Below are positions 31,196-45,675 of a stretch of DNA of 64,000 nt, piece after piece. Location: the NCBI GenBank assembly GCA_964016885.1, contig OZ024746.1, forward strand, positions 5,208,001 through 5,272,000, in the 5' to 3' direction. The DNA is from Eledone cirrhosa (taxonomy: Eukaryota). The position numbers and the translations under genes are program-made. Numbering within the stretch: position 1 is the first letter of the stretch; every line of letters begins with the position of its first letter. Under the pieces are notes generated by a model. That model was not told where the DNA came from. It searched no databases and was given only the letters and a program-made list of their open reading frames with translations.

Positions 31196-31286
31196 TTTCA
31201 GCAAACAGGAGGAGTAGTTGGCTTTGATAAGCATCAATAAATGCACAACAGGGCCCTGTCAGCTTTATCTCCCCTGTTTGCTGAAA
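31196..31286. repeat. Short inverted-repeat element
   Basis: tttcagcaaacagg (31196-31209) / cctgtttgctgaaa (31273-31286). Confidence 0.6.
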
Positions 31287-31384
31287 ATTAAAGTAAGTGA
31301 GTCTGTCACTACTCTAAAACAATAGCATAAGGTCTTCGAAATGCTTTTAATTAAGCATACAGTGTATTGCAAAATACACTATAT

Positions 31385-31415
<31 letters not shown>

Positions 31416-31434
31416 TAAATAGAAATATTTATGT

Positions 31435-31465
<31 letters not shown>

Positions 31466-31473
31466 GAAATATT

Positions 31474-31504
<31 letters not shown>

Positions 31505-31615
31505 GCCCACACTCATGCATACACACATACATACATTACCTATATACGTAATACACACATACATACACACATACCTACATATATACCTACATACATACAT
31601 ACATACCTACATACA

Positions 31616-32304
31616 TCAGATGACAATAAATGTAGGCTATGTAAAACAAAGATCGAAGATGTAAGCCACATTGTTGCCAGCTGTGAAAGAATGTCATCTC
31701 GCTACTACCCCCCCCCCCCCCCCCCACACACACACATGAGACCCGATGGGATAGCTAGAACCATCTGGAACGCACTTCGGAAAACAAAATTAACAACAAA
31801 CGAGGAAGAATATATTGAGACAGATGGCACTAAGGAATACTGGTGGAACCTGAAAATAAAAACTGCCACCAAATTAAAGCACAACCGGCCTGATATTGTA
31901 GTTTGGGACCACACATTGAAAACGTGTTCTGTTGTGGAGATCAGCTGCCCACTTGATGTAAATGTTGTCAGAAAAATACAGGAGAAGGAGGACATCTACG
32001 GACCATTGATGAGGAGTTTACAAATCCAGTATCCAAGATACACCTTTAGCTTCATACCCATCATTATAGGAGCTACGGGTTATATACCAACCCGCTTGGA
32101 CCAATGTATAACAGAACTAGGATTTGCGGACAAATAGCGCAGCTCCCTAATTCATAGTCTACAAATGGCTGCGATAGCTGGCACCTTCAAAATTTGCAAA
32201 ACATTCTTGCGATTCAAGGGATGACAATTTCTTTTCTTTTACAACCTTGCCACCAGGAAGGTGGCCGGTCAAAAATATACTCGAAATTAAGAGAAAGAGA
32301 TAAA
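31616..32304 (+). mobile_element. R4/Dong-like non-LTR retrotransposon 3' fragment (CCHC knuckle plus restriction-like endonuclease)
   Basis: CRLC..IEDVSHIVASC; NRPDIVVWD..VVEISCPLD..EKEDIY; one in-frame stop (32135-32137), then RSSLIHSLQMAAIAGTFKICKTFLRFKG*; short 3'UTR; (TACA)n on both sides; poly-C/CA insertion near 31707-31736. Confidence 0.9.
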
Positions 32305-33165
32305 CATACATACCTTCCTACCTACCTACATAGATACATACCTTCCTACATACCTACATACATACGTACATACATACCTACCTACATACATACACACATA
32401 CCTACATACATACATACATACATACCTACATACCTACATAGATACATACCTTCCTACATACCTACATACCTACATACCTACATACATACATACCTACATA
32501 CATACCTACATACATACATACATACATACATACATACCTACATACCTACATAGATACATACCTTCCTACATACCTACATACCTACATACCTACATACATA
32601 CATACCTACATACATACATACATACATACCTACATACATACATACATACCTACATACCTACATACATACCTACATACCTACATACCTACATACCTACATA
32701 CATACATACATACATACATACATACATACATACCTACATACCTACATACCTACATACATACATACATACATACCTACATACCTACATACATACCTACATA
32801 CCTACCTACATACATACCTACATACCTACATACCTACATACCTACATACCTACATACCTACATACATACATACATACCTACATACATACATACATACATA
32901 CCTACATACCTTCCTACATACCTACATACATACATACCTACATACCTACATAGATACATACCTTCCTACATACCTACATACCTACATACCTACATACCTA
33001 CATACCTACATACATACCTTCCTACATACATACATACATACATACCTACATACATACATACATACATACATACATACCTACATACCTACATACATACGTA
33101 CATACATATCTACCTACATACATACACACATACCTACATACATACCTTTCTACCTATCTACATAC
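32305..33165. repeat. Compound (TACA)/(TACC)n tetranucleotide array
   Basis: Directly visible; recurring tagatacataccttcc variant. Confidence 0.95.
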
Positions 33166-33624
33166 ATAACTAATATGTTTCTATTCATGTTCATAATATT
33201 TACGCAGATTTTAATATTTGATATAGCAAATTTCTCTCTCAATATTGTTTCATCAAAGCTTTTCTTGTCAATGTTCCTAAGTCCTTTTGTGATTTCTTTC
33301 CTGTCTTTCTACCCTTTCGGTAAACATGAATTAAAACCATTCTTCATTTCTTTTTACGCTGTTTTGCTTTCATTTTTGCTTAGTTATATTATTATATCAT
33401 TGAATATCGGTTCTGACTCTTCGGTTCAACGTAATGTTCCCTGTATTATTTTGTTTCTATATTAACTTCAATTACTGTTTCTTTCATACATTTTACTTTT
33501 CAGCGGAGTTCTGGTAGTCATTTAATTTCATTTTCTTTTCAGGAAGTCAGATCCTAAGTCAAATGACACTATATGGTGAATGGCATATATTATATACAAG
33601 TTCGTATACATATATATATATATA

Positions 33625-34161
<537 letters not shown>

Positions 34162-34163
<2 letters not shown>

Positions 34164-34359
34164 CGAAGGAAATGTGGTAAGGAACCAGATGGACCATAAC
34201 GCACCAAAGTACTCAATACTTAGGGTAGTAGAGTGGGTAATAGGAACAAATAGGACCCCGACGGCTGAGCTCAAGCCGTTTCGACGGCTAATTCTGGACG
34301 TCCAGAATTAGCTGTCGAAACGGCTTGAGCTCAGCCGTCGGGGTCCTACTTGTTCCTAT
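34162..34359. mobile_element. PLE-derived fold-back element family C with spacerless 120-bp palindrome
   Basis: 34240-34359 is self-complementary about GAC|GTC (34299/34300) with 2 mismatches; each arm has GAAA-cggct tgagctc agccg-TC-ggggtcc. Confidence 0.85.
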
Positions 34360-35392
34360 ATATATATATATATAGTTTTCATATATGATGATCTCAAGGA
34401 ATCTACCAATGTTTTGTGTCTACGGGAATTCTTATATCAGATATTTATACCGAGAAAGATTATTAGCAAGTTTTGTGAATTGAATCATTGATACAATCTT
34501 CTTCGTGGCCTAGTAGTAAATGTTATAGACGGTGGTGATCCTGGTCTAAGGTTCAATCTTGCAAAGGCGGTGCCCCAGCATGGCCTCAGTCGGATGCCTG
34601 GAACAGGTAAAAGAGTAAAAGAGTAAAAGAGTACAATATATTTATATAATATGTTCAGAGTCTGATTTGATATTCTAGAAAAGCACCACTGCAATTCCTT
34701 ATTAAACGTTCGTCTTTTATTCCAGGCTACACCGGATATTACAACTATATATTACAACTACATACCTACATACCTACATACCTACATACCTACATACCTA
34801 CATACATACATACCTACATACCTACATACCTACATACCTATATACATACATACCTACATACCTACATACATACATACATACATACTACTGTCTAATACTT
34901 TCATGTGGAACTAAATATTATGAAGAACGGTGTTTTAATGTTTATACATCCAACAATAGTATAGTTAAATATAGTAAGAAAAGCCATTCCAATTGAGACT
35001 CGAAGCTGGATCTGGAATTCTTCTTGTCAAAGGCTCTGCTACATAAAAATGCCGGCCATTATATGAAAATCGAAGTATTCGTGTTTAAATCGATATTCCT
35101 CTTTTGTCAACTCCACCAAGATTCTGCCACAATTACATCTTTACTCACACTAAACTGTTTGAGGCTAATAATACTGAAATAGACAGTATGAAATATATTC
35201 TGCGTAAAACATTAAACAGTGGAATAGGAAACTCTGACATTCGACTGAAAACCTCAGGGTAAACATTTACCTAGAAAATGGCTTTCCCGTCGAAAAGTGA
35301 AGTTTCAAGGAACTGCAGATATAAACAGACTTTCTCTTGCTTTAGAGCAATGAAAAATGTATTGCACTGTGGTGATGTCTTGTTAATCTAAA

Positions 35393-35577
35393 TAATTGTT
35401 TCTATTATTAGCACAAGGCCAGTAATTATCCCAGTGCATTACTGGTATTTTATTTTATCGACCCCGTAAGGAGGAAAGGCAAAGTTAACCTCGGCGCGAT
35501 TTGAACTCAGACTATAAAGAGGCGTAACTCTATGCTGGAAAGCATGGCGTCAGACCCCTTACCGATACTGCCAATTC
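35393..35577 (-). mobile_element. tRNA-derived SINE (Meta-domain-like), near full length
   Basis: Reverse complement of the 39968-40156 family. Confidence 0.9.
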
Positions 35578-36118
35578 TAATGCATGAAACATGATGTACG
35601 TCAAAAGCTACGATTGGAAATGTCATTGTCACTCACCAAAAGTATCTAAATGAAAGGTCAAATTTCCTATAACTTGTAAACATCCACTTGATATCAACTG
35701 GACATAGGCCATCTAAATGATATTTGCTCAATGTTATGTCACTGTTATGTCACAGCTAAACGAATCTTCTACAATAGTTTTCTCGGTGAAATGCAATTTT
35801 TAGGGAGAAATGTATTGTAAAATCCGAATTAGCGTGCAATATCTGGGATTGGTACTGACAATCTAGGTTTCTAAGTAAACTACATAGAAATTGAGGAGAT
35901 ACCTGCAGTGATAAGTGTCACCTAACAGCATTAATATGACAGAAAGTAACTTGAATATTTTCATACAAATGATTGTGAATAAAATTTCAACTAGTTTCCC
36001 ACATCTTCGAAATTGAAATCTTTGGCATATTTTCATAAGAATTTCAGTTGTTGCACCATTAAGTTTTGTCTCCCACAATTCATTCATATTTGTAAAGTTT
36101 GCTGTCCACGTGAGATAT

Positions 36119-36177
<59 letters not shown>

Positions 36178-37559
36178 GCACAGACAAGCATACATACATA
36201 TATATCCGCTGTTGCTGACCATTAAAATTATTATTTCTCTCAGTTAGATATAACTGTAATAGTTTTGTTATAATATTTTATTTATTTACTAATAGATTAT
36301 TTTATTGGCAAATACTTTCCTCTGTTTACCATTTTCTGCCAGACTCTGGCAGTGTTAAGTATTTTTGCTTCTTCTATTATAACCATGAATTGATATAGCT
36401 ATAAATTTACAACACGTAAAGCAATAAAGTTTGATCTAGTACAATTATGTCCAGGGATCTGAAAGAAAACGCTGGGAAAGATGGCAGAAAAAAACAAACA
36501 AAACAAACAAACCAGCAGAGAAAACAAAAGAACGAAAAAAAACAAACAAACATAAATATATAGGTAAAAGAAACTCACACGGAATATTCTTGTTATGTAA
36601 TAAGGGACTCAGACATGGTTGGATTGGTAAGAAATGTCGCTTCGCAAACATGACGTTCAAGGTTTGATCTAATTGCGTGGCATCTTTGGCAGAATTCGTT
36701 ACCATAGCCTCAGAATTCGTTACCATAGCCTCAGTGAGATGGAAATTGTGTGAAAGTCCTATATTTATTATTAATCCCTTTTCTTACTTTCAATGATTTA
36801 CTTGATTCTGATGAGGGTCAACATTTCTCCGACAGTGAAAAATGAAATTACGAGTCGTTTAAAAAATTCACATATTAAGTTTGTTTATGGACGTCTCTAT
36901 GTGTGGAATTTCATCGGGTGCATTGTACCTGTAATTTAAATATCCAGGTTTGTCACATGACGTGTCACAATGATTCACTTTGAGAATTACATGTATACGT
37001 GGCTCTGGAATACTCAACCACCTCCACATTAATTTAGCAGCTGGACGTTCAATTGACCAAACAACGGAATGATCCTCGTCAAAACCGATGAAGAATCCCT
37101 CATTATATAATAAAGTCACGATGCTTTTCAAAACTAGATTCATTATTAATTCATTTTCTTGCCTAGGATGATTCGCTTGATTTTAATGAGTTTCACACGT
37201 TTCTTTGACAGTGTATTCAATGCAAAGCGGAACAAATTTCCCATGAATTTATCAATCATTTTAACGTTTACAATATTTAACATTATTTTTTATGGAGGTC
37301 AGAGAAACTGCAGGAATCTCCTGTTAATTCTAGCTCAACCCACTCTCTGGCATCTTAAAAACGAATCCAAAGATACACTGTCTGAACAAAAGACAATATT
37401 GTGATGACTAAAATACTTTCGGTCACAGATCTGTATGGTCAATGCTAGACAGACGCTAAACTACAATAATGGTCTCATAGAAACATATGCCACAAGGGAA
37501 CAATTTTCCTACATTGGTATTTAGACCCACTCTCATCTCTTCCTTCGAACTTCTACATA

Positions 37560-38640
37560 AAACCCCAAACATAGACACATACGGATTTCGAACTTGCAAA
37601 AATCTAGCACAGAAAAAATATAAGAACACTTTGAAACTAATCTTTTCTAAAATAAACCAAAACACTATTCAAGCTTTAAAAATTCTGAAAATATTTACAA
37701 ATTCTAAGTATATAAATATACTTGCCGACAAAACTGGTATTCACATAGTAATTAATATAAAACTGATATTTACATAGTAATTAATATAAAACTGGTATTC
37801 ACATAGTAATTAATATAAAACTGGTATTCACATAGTAATTAATATAAAACTGGTATTTACATAGTAATTAATATAAAACTGGTATTCACATAGTAATTAA
37901 TATAAAACTGGTATTTACATAGTAATTAATATAAAACTGGTATTTACATAGTAATTAATATAAAACTGATATTTACATAGTAATTAATATAAAACTGATA
38001 TTTACATAGTAATTAATATAAAACTGATATTCACATAGTAATTAATATAAAACTGGTATTCACATAGTAATTAATATTAAACTGATATTCACATAGTAAT
38101 TAATATAAAACTGATATCTACACTTGCAATTTACTTCGGTCAAGAAATCTAAAAAAAAAAAAACATACAAAAAGAAAATTTCAATATAAAAGCACGCAAC
38201 CCAGCATTCCAACTTAAGATAGATGATAGAGTTGAATGTTTGGCTAAGTGTAACCTTTAATAACCTTGAAAGATCACAAGCATAGCATTTTAGATAGTCC
38301 TATGTGCAGACTCATTAATTATGCAGTAAAGAGTAAATGAAGTAAAATTAGTTAAATTATTTTAGGTTCCATTAATTTAAAACTTATTCAAGTCAACAGT
38401 TAACGTTCAGAAAACAATAGCACATCAGTAATGAAACAGTTAAATAACATAAATGATAAACTTAATTGGAAATTCACTCAGTTTGATATTGTGGATATTT
38501 AAACCTCTATCACAAATCGCTTGCTACTAAAAGCTTTAGCATTTGGAAGTTAATTATCTGACATTACGGGTATCGATATCAAAACAAAAATGAATGATTG
38601 AAAGTCAATAATTTCCCATAAAATTCCATTTGGTTTAAGT
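37560..38640 (+). mobile_element. Decayed Penelope-like reverse transcriptase ORF split by a minisatellite
   Basis: Before the array: DTYGFRTCK...NILADKT. After it: LKIDDRVECLAK, ITLKDHK, PMCRLIN, INDKLNWKFTQFDIVDI*TSITNRLLLKALAF, i.e. the TLKDHK/CRLINP/FDIVDFYPSI PLE RT motifs, with stops and frameshifts. Confidence 0.85.
37730..38122. repeat. 29-bp minisatellite, ~13.5 copies
   Basis: Unit aaaactg(g/a)tatt(c/t)acatagtaattaatat. Confidence 0.97.
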
Positions 38641-39438
38641 TTAACGACTCTATTACTATAGATGGACAATAATATGGACTATAAAGGGATTCCAATGAGA
38701 TACTGTCGAAGTGAGAACAGATTTTTATATACAGTTTTAAGAAGTTCTAGTCTCAGAAAATATAAGGAGAGGAGAAAAAAGATTAATATTTTGAATAGAT
38801 TGAAATGAGGTTTGAATTTGGAACATTTAAATAAGTCGAAGTCGAGTGATGCAGTAACTTAATAAGAGGGTAGAGATATGCTTTTACAAAAACTTATTTA
38901 AATGATTTCATATCACCTTACTCAACTGAGAGGCTTGAACGGATACATTTTATTGACATATTCAATCCTATTCTAAAAGAACTGCATGTAACCAAGTTGA
39001 ATACCCAACTAGTTGTAGTGCCAAGAAGTATCCTATCTCTGGTTATATATTGTATCTTTTGTTTTAAATGGTCATCAAAACAAAGATGAAGTTTACTATG
39101 TTGGCATTTCCCCTTTTTTATTCTCTGTCTACGTTGTTTTTTTCTCATAACTGTAAGGTGTGCTAGAAACTTCCTCTAGTCTGCCATGGCTTACTAGCTC
39201 TATGCGGACGTTTAAATTGATTAAATGAATGAATAAATAAATAAATATAAGAAACAAATTCTTCCAGAACAAAACATTGTATTTTTACATTTTTTTCAAG
39301 GTAAAAAGAATGTTATTTTTTAAAAGTTGAATTTGTATGTCTGCAATTTAGTCACAGTTTAACAGTTGTCGATATATAATAGGACCTAAAGGCATTTAGC
39401 TGTACTGAAACTAAGTTTCTTTCAGAATTAATTTAATT

Positions 39439-39503
39439 AGGGAGAGAGAGAGGAAGAGAGAGAGAGAGGGAATGAGAGAGGGACTGAGGGAGAGAGGGAA
39501 GAG

Positions 39504-39557
<54 letters not shown>

Positions 39558-39676
39558 ATGAGAGAGAGAGAGGGAGGGAAAGAGAGAAGGAAGAGAGAGG
39601 GAGAGAGAGAGAGGGAGAGAAAGGGAGGGAGAGAGAGATGGAAGAGAGAGGGAGGGGAGAGAGAGAGAAGGAGAGA

Positions 39677-39732
<56 letters not shown>
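39439..39732. repeat. (GA)n-rich polypurine tract
   Basis: Directly visible. Confidence 0.95.
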
Positions 39733-39738
<6 letters not shown>

Positions 39739-39967
39739 TGAGGCTAAGGAGAGGGAGAATAAGATAACAAGAGAAATGCAGAAGACAAACTCTGATGAAT
39801 CTAAGGAGAAAGAAAACGATATTTTACAATTCTTCTGAAGAAAACATAAAAGCAAGTGAAAGAATATCAATATATATATTTACCAATTCTGATTTGCAGT
39901 AATTTTCGTTGGCGTTTTCTTGTGGTTTCCTTGTTTATTACTAAAACCAATCATTATTTCGTTGATT

Positions 39968-40346
39968 GGCGGAGAATTGGCAGTATCGGTAGAGGGTTGG
40001 ACGCCATGCTTTCTAGCATAATTACGTCCCTTTACAGTCTGAGTTCAAATCACGCCGAGGTTAACTTTGCCTTTCATCCTTACGGGGTCGATAAAATAAA
40101 GTACCAGTAATGTACTGGGTAATTGCTGGCCTTGTGCCTAAAGTAGAAACAATTATTTCGTTGATTGGCAGTATCGGTAGAGGGTCGGACGCCATGCCTT
40201 GACGCATAGAGTTACGGCCCTTGCCATTCTGAGTTCAAATCCCGCCGAGGTTAACTTTACCTTTCATCCTTACGTGGTCGATAAAATAAAGTACCAGTAA
40301 TGCACTGGGTAATTGCTGGCCTTGTACCAAAAGTAGAAACAATTAT
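39968..40346 (+). mobile_element. Tandem dimer of tRNA-derived SINE (Meta-domain-like)
   Basis: Two ~190-bp units ggcagtatcggtagaggg..gagttcaaatc..ttgcctttcatccttacggggtcgataaaataaagtaccag..gtagaaacaattat; attatttcgtt before, between and after the units. Confidence 0.9.
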
Positions 40347-40555
40347 TTCGTTTTTTTCGTTTATGTCTTTGTGATTTATCTGTTTGTTATGTACGCCTCT
40401 AGGCACAATACTATTGGGAATAGATCTAATAACGGTTTGTCGTTTTGTTTACAGGTTTATATTAGAGTATTGTATTTTAAAGTGACAGGTTTCAGTCTTA
40501 AATGAAAGGGAACTGACATAAAATTACGTTTGATGTGCAAGTAATAGGAGCCGCG

Positions 40556-40780
40556 GTTAGAATGTCTCAAGAAAGAATCACAGGACAAGTAGGAGACCCA
40601 AGGGTAGACCCCTACCGAGATGGTTGAATAACATCATGAGCTTGGTTGGTCTCACTTGGTTGCTTCTGACAGGACCTGCTGGAAGGCGTTTGAGTATTCT
40701 GCCCCCAACATCTCAGGAATAAGTGGGAGAAGAAGAAGAAGAAGGAGAAGAAGAAGAAGAAGGAGAAGAAGAAGAAGAAG
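40556..40780 (+). mobile_element. RTE LINE 3' end with (GAA)n tail, internally deleted
   Basis: aatgtctcaagaaagaatc..ggagacccaagggtagacccc..agatggttg..gttgcttctgacaggacc, same family as 45676-45893. Confidence 0.8.
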
Positions 40781-41985
40781 AAACTCTACCAATACTGGTT
40801 CATATATGATACAAGTGACATTAGTCCCTTTAAAAAATAAGTGGTACCAAGAGACTAGTTTATAGAAGCACTCGTACTTTCCGAGATGTGTTGAAGGTAG
40901 ATTTTTCACTAACCAAAGGCAAAAACAAATTTGGCAAAAGATTAGTACTACATTAGTACTAAGACTCGGTCACTTTGTGGTTTTCTAAATAATCTTATCT
41001 AGTGATCATTGAAAATTGTTTCTCTGCTTGCCAAGTCTGTATTTTTCTAATTGACGTTACTTGCAGATAATGAATACCATGATATTGGCAATGCAGGCAA
41101 TTTTAAACTGCAAGTGCACATTCCAAGTCTTTTGCACATGTATTGCACTATCATTCTTCAATTCAGGTATCTAGGGAAAATTATTATTTTATGCTGATCA
41201 ATAATTTTTGACTAAATATTTCTGAATTATATATTTGTTATTAAATATCGATTCAATAATTCAAATAAAAACACACACTTACACACGCACATTCACACAA
41301 ACACACACACTCACACACAGGCGTGCACACACACACTCACACAAGCGTGCACACACACCCAGGCACGCGTGGGCATGCACACACATATAATAGACATGCG
41401 TAATATCAACTGAGTTTAATTAATTTTTACATTGGGTACTATATGCATCAAAAGAGTACTAAACATGCTGTACAAAAGCCGCTATATACACACGTGTACG
41501 TACATATATTTTGTGTAAACGCAAACATACACATACATACATGCATGTATCTATATGTATATATATCTTATTAATTTGTCTGCAATCCCTCGAGTAAAAA
41601 ATAAGTGGAAACTGACTGCTTCTTCTAGAAAATATGTTACTCGCCAACCGTCCACCCTTCTGTGACCACCACATGATCATCTTCCCCGTCCGCAATTATT
41701 CACTGGTAGTGGTCAGTTCAGGAAATTGTCCTTTCATTAAGGAGTTTCTTAACAAGCTGATAATCTCACAGCCCCAGTGTCCTTTAGATGTCCTCTGACT
41801 GCACACACAGCAATCGGCGAAACTGTAAAGGGCCGCAACTCTTTGCTGCAAAGCATGTTGTCCGTCGCTCTACCGATTCTGCCAATCCACAGCCCTAATA
41901 ATAATATTAGTAATAATAACATTACCACACACCAAAACATATATAACTAGCATATATACACACAGAACACACACACACAATACAG

Positions 41986-42016
<31 letters not shown>

Positions 42017-42372
42017 CACACACACACACACACATACATATATATAATATATATTAGTTGGATTCAAGTGTGCTAGAGACGTTCTTCTTTTGTTTGTAAG
42101 AAACGTTTATTTACAACAATGTTTATCTAGCGGTCTTTAGTAATGGCGGCGGACTTGAGAAGAAATGATAGACGGATGAGATTTACTGTGCTGTTTATCT
42201 TCTGCTACGTGCACGCAATACAATACACAGCGATATTCCTCTGTCGTCTCTTTATAGAGAAGTGGATGGCATACAGGCAAACTATGCAGATGAATAATGT
42301 ATAACAGTCTTTCAGTGTAGCAGTGTAGCCATTCTCTGACAAACGTTCATCAATAAAACCTCTGCTCTGAAA

Positions 42373-43330
42373 CACCACACACCACACACCACACACCACA
42401 CAGCACAGAACACATAGCGCAACACACATCACACACAACACACCACACACCACAACACACACCATACACCACACACCACAACACACACCATACACCACAC
42501 ACCACAACACACAGCACACAGCACACACCTCACACCACAACTCACAGCACAGCACACACCACAACACACAGCAAACTTACCACACACCACTCAGCACACC
42601 ACAACACACACCACACACCACTCAGCACACACCACAACACACAGACACAACACACAGCACAGCACACACCTCAATACACAGCACACAACACACACACCAC
42701 AGCACACACAACACACCTCAATACACAGCATACACCACACACCCCACAGCACACACCACACAACACACCTCAATACAGAGCACACAACACACACAGCAGA
42801 GCACATACAACACACCTCAATACACAGCACACACAGCACAGCACACAGCACACACAACACATCGCAATACACAGCACACAACACACACAGCAGAGCACAC
42901 ACAACACACCTCAATACACAGCACACACAGCACAGTACACACAACACATCGCAATACACAGCACACAGCACACAACACACACAGCAGAGCACACACAACA
43001 CACCTCAATACACAGCACACAACACACAGAGCACAGTACACACAACACATCGCAATACACAGCACACAGCACACAGACCACAGCACAGCACACACCACAC
43101 ACCTCAATCCACAGCATACACCACACACCCCACAGCACAGTACACACAACACATCGCAATACACAGCACAGCACACACCACACAACACAGCACACCCCAC
43201 AGCACAGCACACACCACACACCTCAATACACAGCACACAGCACACACACCACAGCACAGCACACACCACACACCTCAATCCACAGCACACCACACACCCC
43301 ACAGCACAGCACACACCACACACCACACAA
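42373..43330. repeat. Complex CA-derived minisatellite
   Basis: Alternating cacctcaatacacagca and catcgcaatacacagca modules. Confidence 0.9.
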
Positions 43331-43503
43331 CATAGAACATGCGCGACATAACTCAGACGAAACACGACAGACCGCAGACCTTTTAAATGTTTGACTTTCG
43401 GAAGTTTAACAAATCAGAAATTACTTCCACCCATCAATCCACCATCCACCCATCAATCCATCCTTCTATCGATCTATCCATTCATCTCATCCCCCCTGCC
43501 TCC

Positions 43504-43591
<88 letters not shown>

Positions 43592-43592
43592 A

Positions 43593-43688
<96 letters not shown>

Positions 43689-43904
43689 AGTTGTTTATGA
43701 ATCTATCTGTTTGTTAATCTATCGATCTAAGTATATTCACGTATAATTATAGAGATATAGGGAGATAGGTCAAACCTGGCTGTATGTTTAAGGAAGTTTA
43801 CTTTGCTACTAAATAGTTCCGGGGTCGATCCCATTTCACCGCCAGTAGCTACTTACCCGACAGCTTTCGGATGGAATTTAGTGACTGGTATTCAATAGAC
43901 TACC

Positions 43905-43943
<39 letters not shown>

Positions 43944-43947
<4 letters not shown>

Positions 43948-44068
43948 TTATTAAAATAAATCTGTTATTTTAATAAATATTTGCTCTAGGGTTCTTATAT
44001 ATTTGATATATATTTATCCTTGTCGAGCCCTCTTTGGATTTTAGTCTTCACATTTATTATTATTACTA
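43944..44068 (+). mobile_element. PLE 3' end family E with short fold-back
   Basis: atatttattaaaataa atctg ttattttaataaatat then gctctaggg..gtcgagccctctttggattttagtcttcacatttattattattact; reverse complement of 47349-47455. Confidence 0.75.
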
Positions 44069-44086
44069 TCTATATATATATATATG

Positions 44087-44321
44087 TCTGATGGCAGCTT
44101 AGAAGCTTCCATAGGCGGTATGCCGGTTGAGCACTCTATGCTCTTACAGAGCAGAGTATGATAGAATAGAAAACGAAAAATCATTGATGCATCTGAACTC
44201 TATTTACTGTGTGCTACAATTGTTTCGCCGGCGGACAGCTCGAGACGCCATCATTGTGTGGACCTGTCTGATTCTGTAAATTGAGTTCAGATGCATCACT
44301 GAGTTTTCGTTTTCTATTCTA
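44087..44321. mobile_element. PLE-derived fold-back element family D
   Basis: Inverted arms 44162-44208 / 44276-44321; minus-strand GAAACAATTGTA; 3' end homologous to 33792-33860; (TA)n on both sides. Confidence 0.7.
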
Positions 44322-44328
44322 TATATAT

Positions 44329-44513
44329 ATTCAATTCAATTCAATATATTTGGCAGAAAATAAAACATAGATGCTTCAGATGCCATGTAAGGAGGGGAGA
44401 GGGGCAATATTTAAACAGTCGGAAACACAGTGGTCCAACACCGGTCCAATTTCGGCTTGAATTGTTGCGTGGTTGGCGCGTTGACTACTTCTTCTGGAAG
44501 CCGATTCCAGTGT
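44329..44513 (-). mobile_element. CR1-clade LINE 3' end with (TTGAA)n tail
   Basis: HWNRLPEEVVNAPTTQQFKPKLDRCW matches the CR1 ORF2 C-terminus WN.LP.EVV.A.S...FK..LD..W. Confidence 0.85.
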
Positions 44514-44526
44514 CCAGAGATATATA

Positions 44527-44719
44527 ATGAAGGAAGTGTGGTAAGGAACCAGGTGGACCATAACGCACCAGAGTACTCGATACTTTGTGTAGTAGAGTGG
44601 GTAATAGGAAAGGGTTCAGGACCCCGACGGCAGAGCTCAAGCCGTTTCAATAGCTATTTCTGGATGCAGAAATAGCCGTCGAAACAGCTGAGCTCTGCCG
44701 TCGGGGTCCTGAACCTTTT

Positions 44720-44722
<3 letters not shown>
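44527..44722. mobile_element. PLE-derived fold-back element family C
   Basis: Arms 44605-44662 / 44667-44723 (taggaaagggttcaggaccccgacggcagagctca / tgagctctgccgtcggggtcctgaaccttttccta). Confidence 0.85.
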
Positions 44723-44755
<33 letters not shown>

Positions 44756-45265
44756 CACACACATATATATAAAGTACATTCGTAATTAAACTTAGCCATA
44801 CATATATGTTACTTATAGATGCCTACATGTTTACACAGATACATAAGCTCATACTATCTCAGATTAATACATTCATGAACATAACTTTACCCTCGTAAGA
44901 AATATATAATAAAATGTTACTCTATATAACGGTGAGAGAAGCCATTAAAGTCCCCGTGTCCGAATGATTTCTATATAGACAAGACTTTTTTTCAATTTCA
45001 ACAGGAATTAAGTGCAATTAGATTTTATTCATATTTTTTTCTCATTTTCATGATTCCAAAGAAAAAAACTGATTTTTGTCGTTGGAAATTTTAAGATATT
45101 TATCACCTGTAGTATTTCTATAATGTTCCTTTAATGCTTATTGAATATTTTTTTTAATATGTGAAATGTTGCAGTATATATATATAAATATAAATAGGAA
45201 TATTTTGAATATGAAATATTAGGAAATATAGAACAGAAAGTAGGGTGAAGAAGAGAGACAGAATC

Positions 45266-45307
<42 letters not shown>

Positions 45308-45675
45308 GTAGAGCGAGCCAGCGAGCGAGAGAGAGAGAGAGAGAGATAAAGGGGGGGGGGGGGGGGAGAAAATTGAGCGAGAAACAGAGAGGTTGAGAGA
45401 GAGGAAGATGAAGAGAGAACCGGAGAGATTGAATGTATGAAAGTGAAAAAAAAAACAAAACAAATTGGAGTTTGGGTTGACAAAAAAAGGAAATTGGAGA
45501 AGAGAAAGTAATTGAGAAAAATGCGGCAGATAGGAACAGTCTTTTTCTTGGCGCGCGAGATTGAACTCGAAACAACCTACGCCAATCATTGTTGCATCAG
45601 TCATACAATTATGCAACCAGAAGTTGTACCACACAACCGCCCAGATCTTACAAAACTTTAATGATTTTTTAAAGT

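Noticed and set aside
36868-37143. ORF faintly like a hAT dimerisation domain (AAKLMWRWLSIP)
   Set aside because: The diagnostic S..SER.FS motif is absent; cannot support without HMM search
37730-38122. CRISPR-like array of 29-bp repeats
   Set aside because: No spacers, head-to-tail units, eukaryotic context, no cas genes
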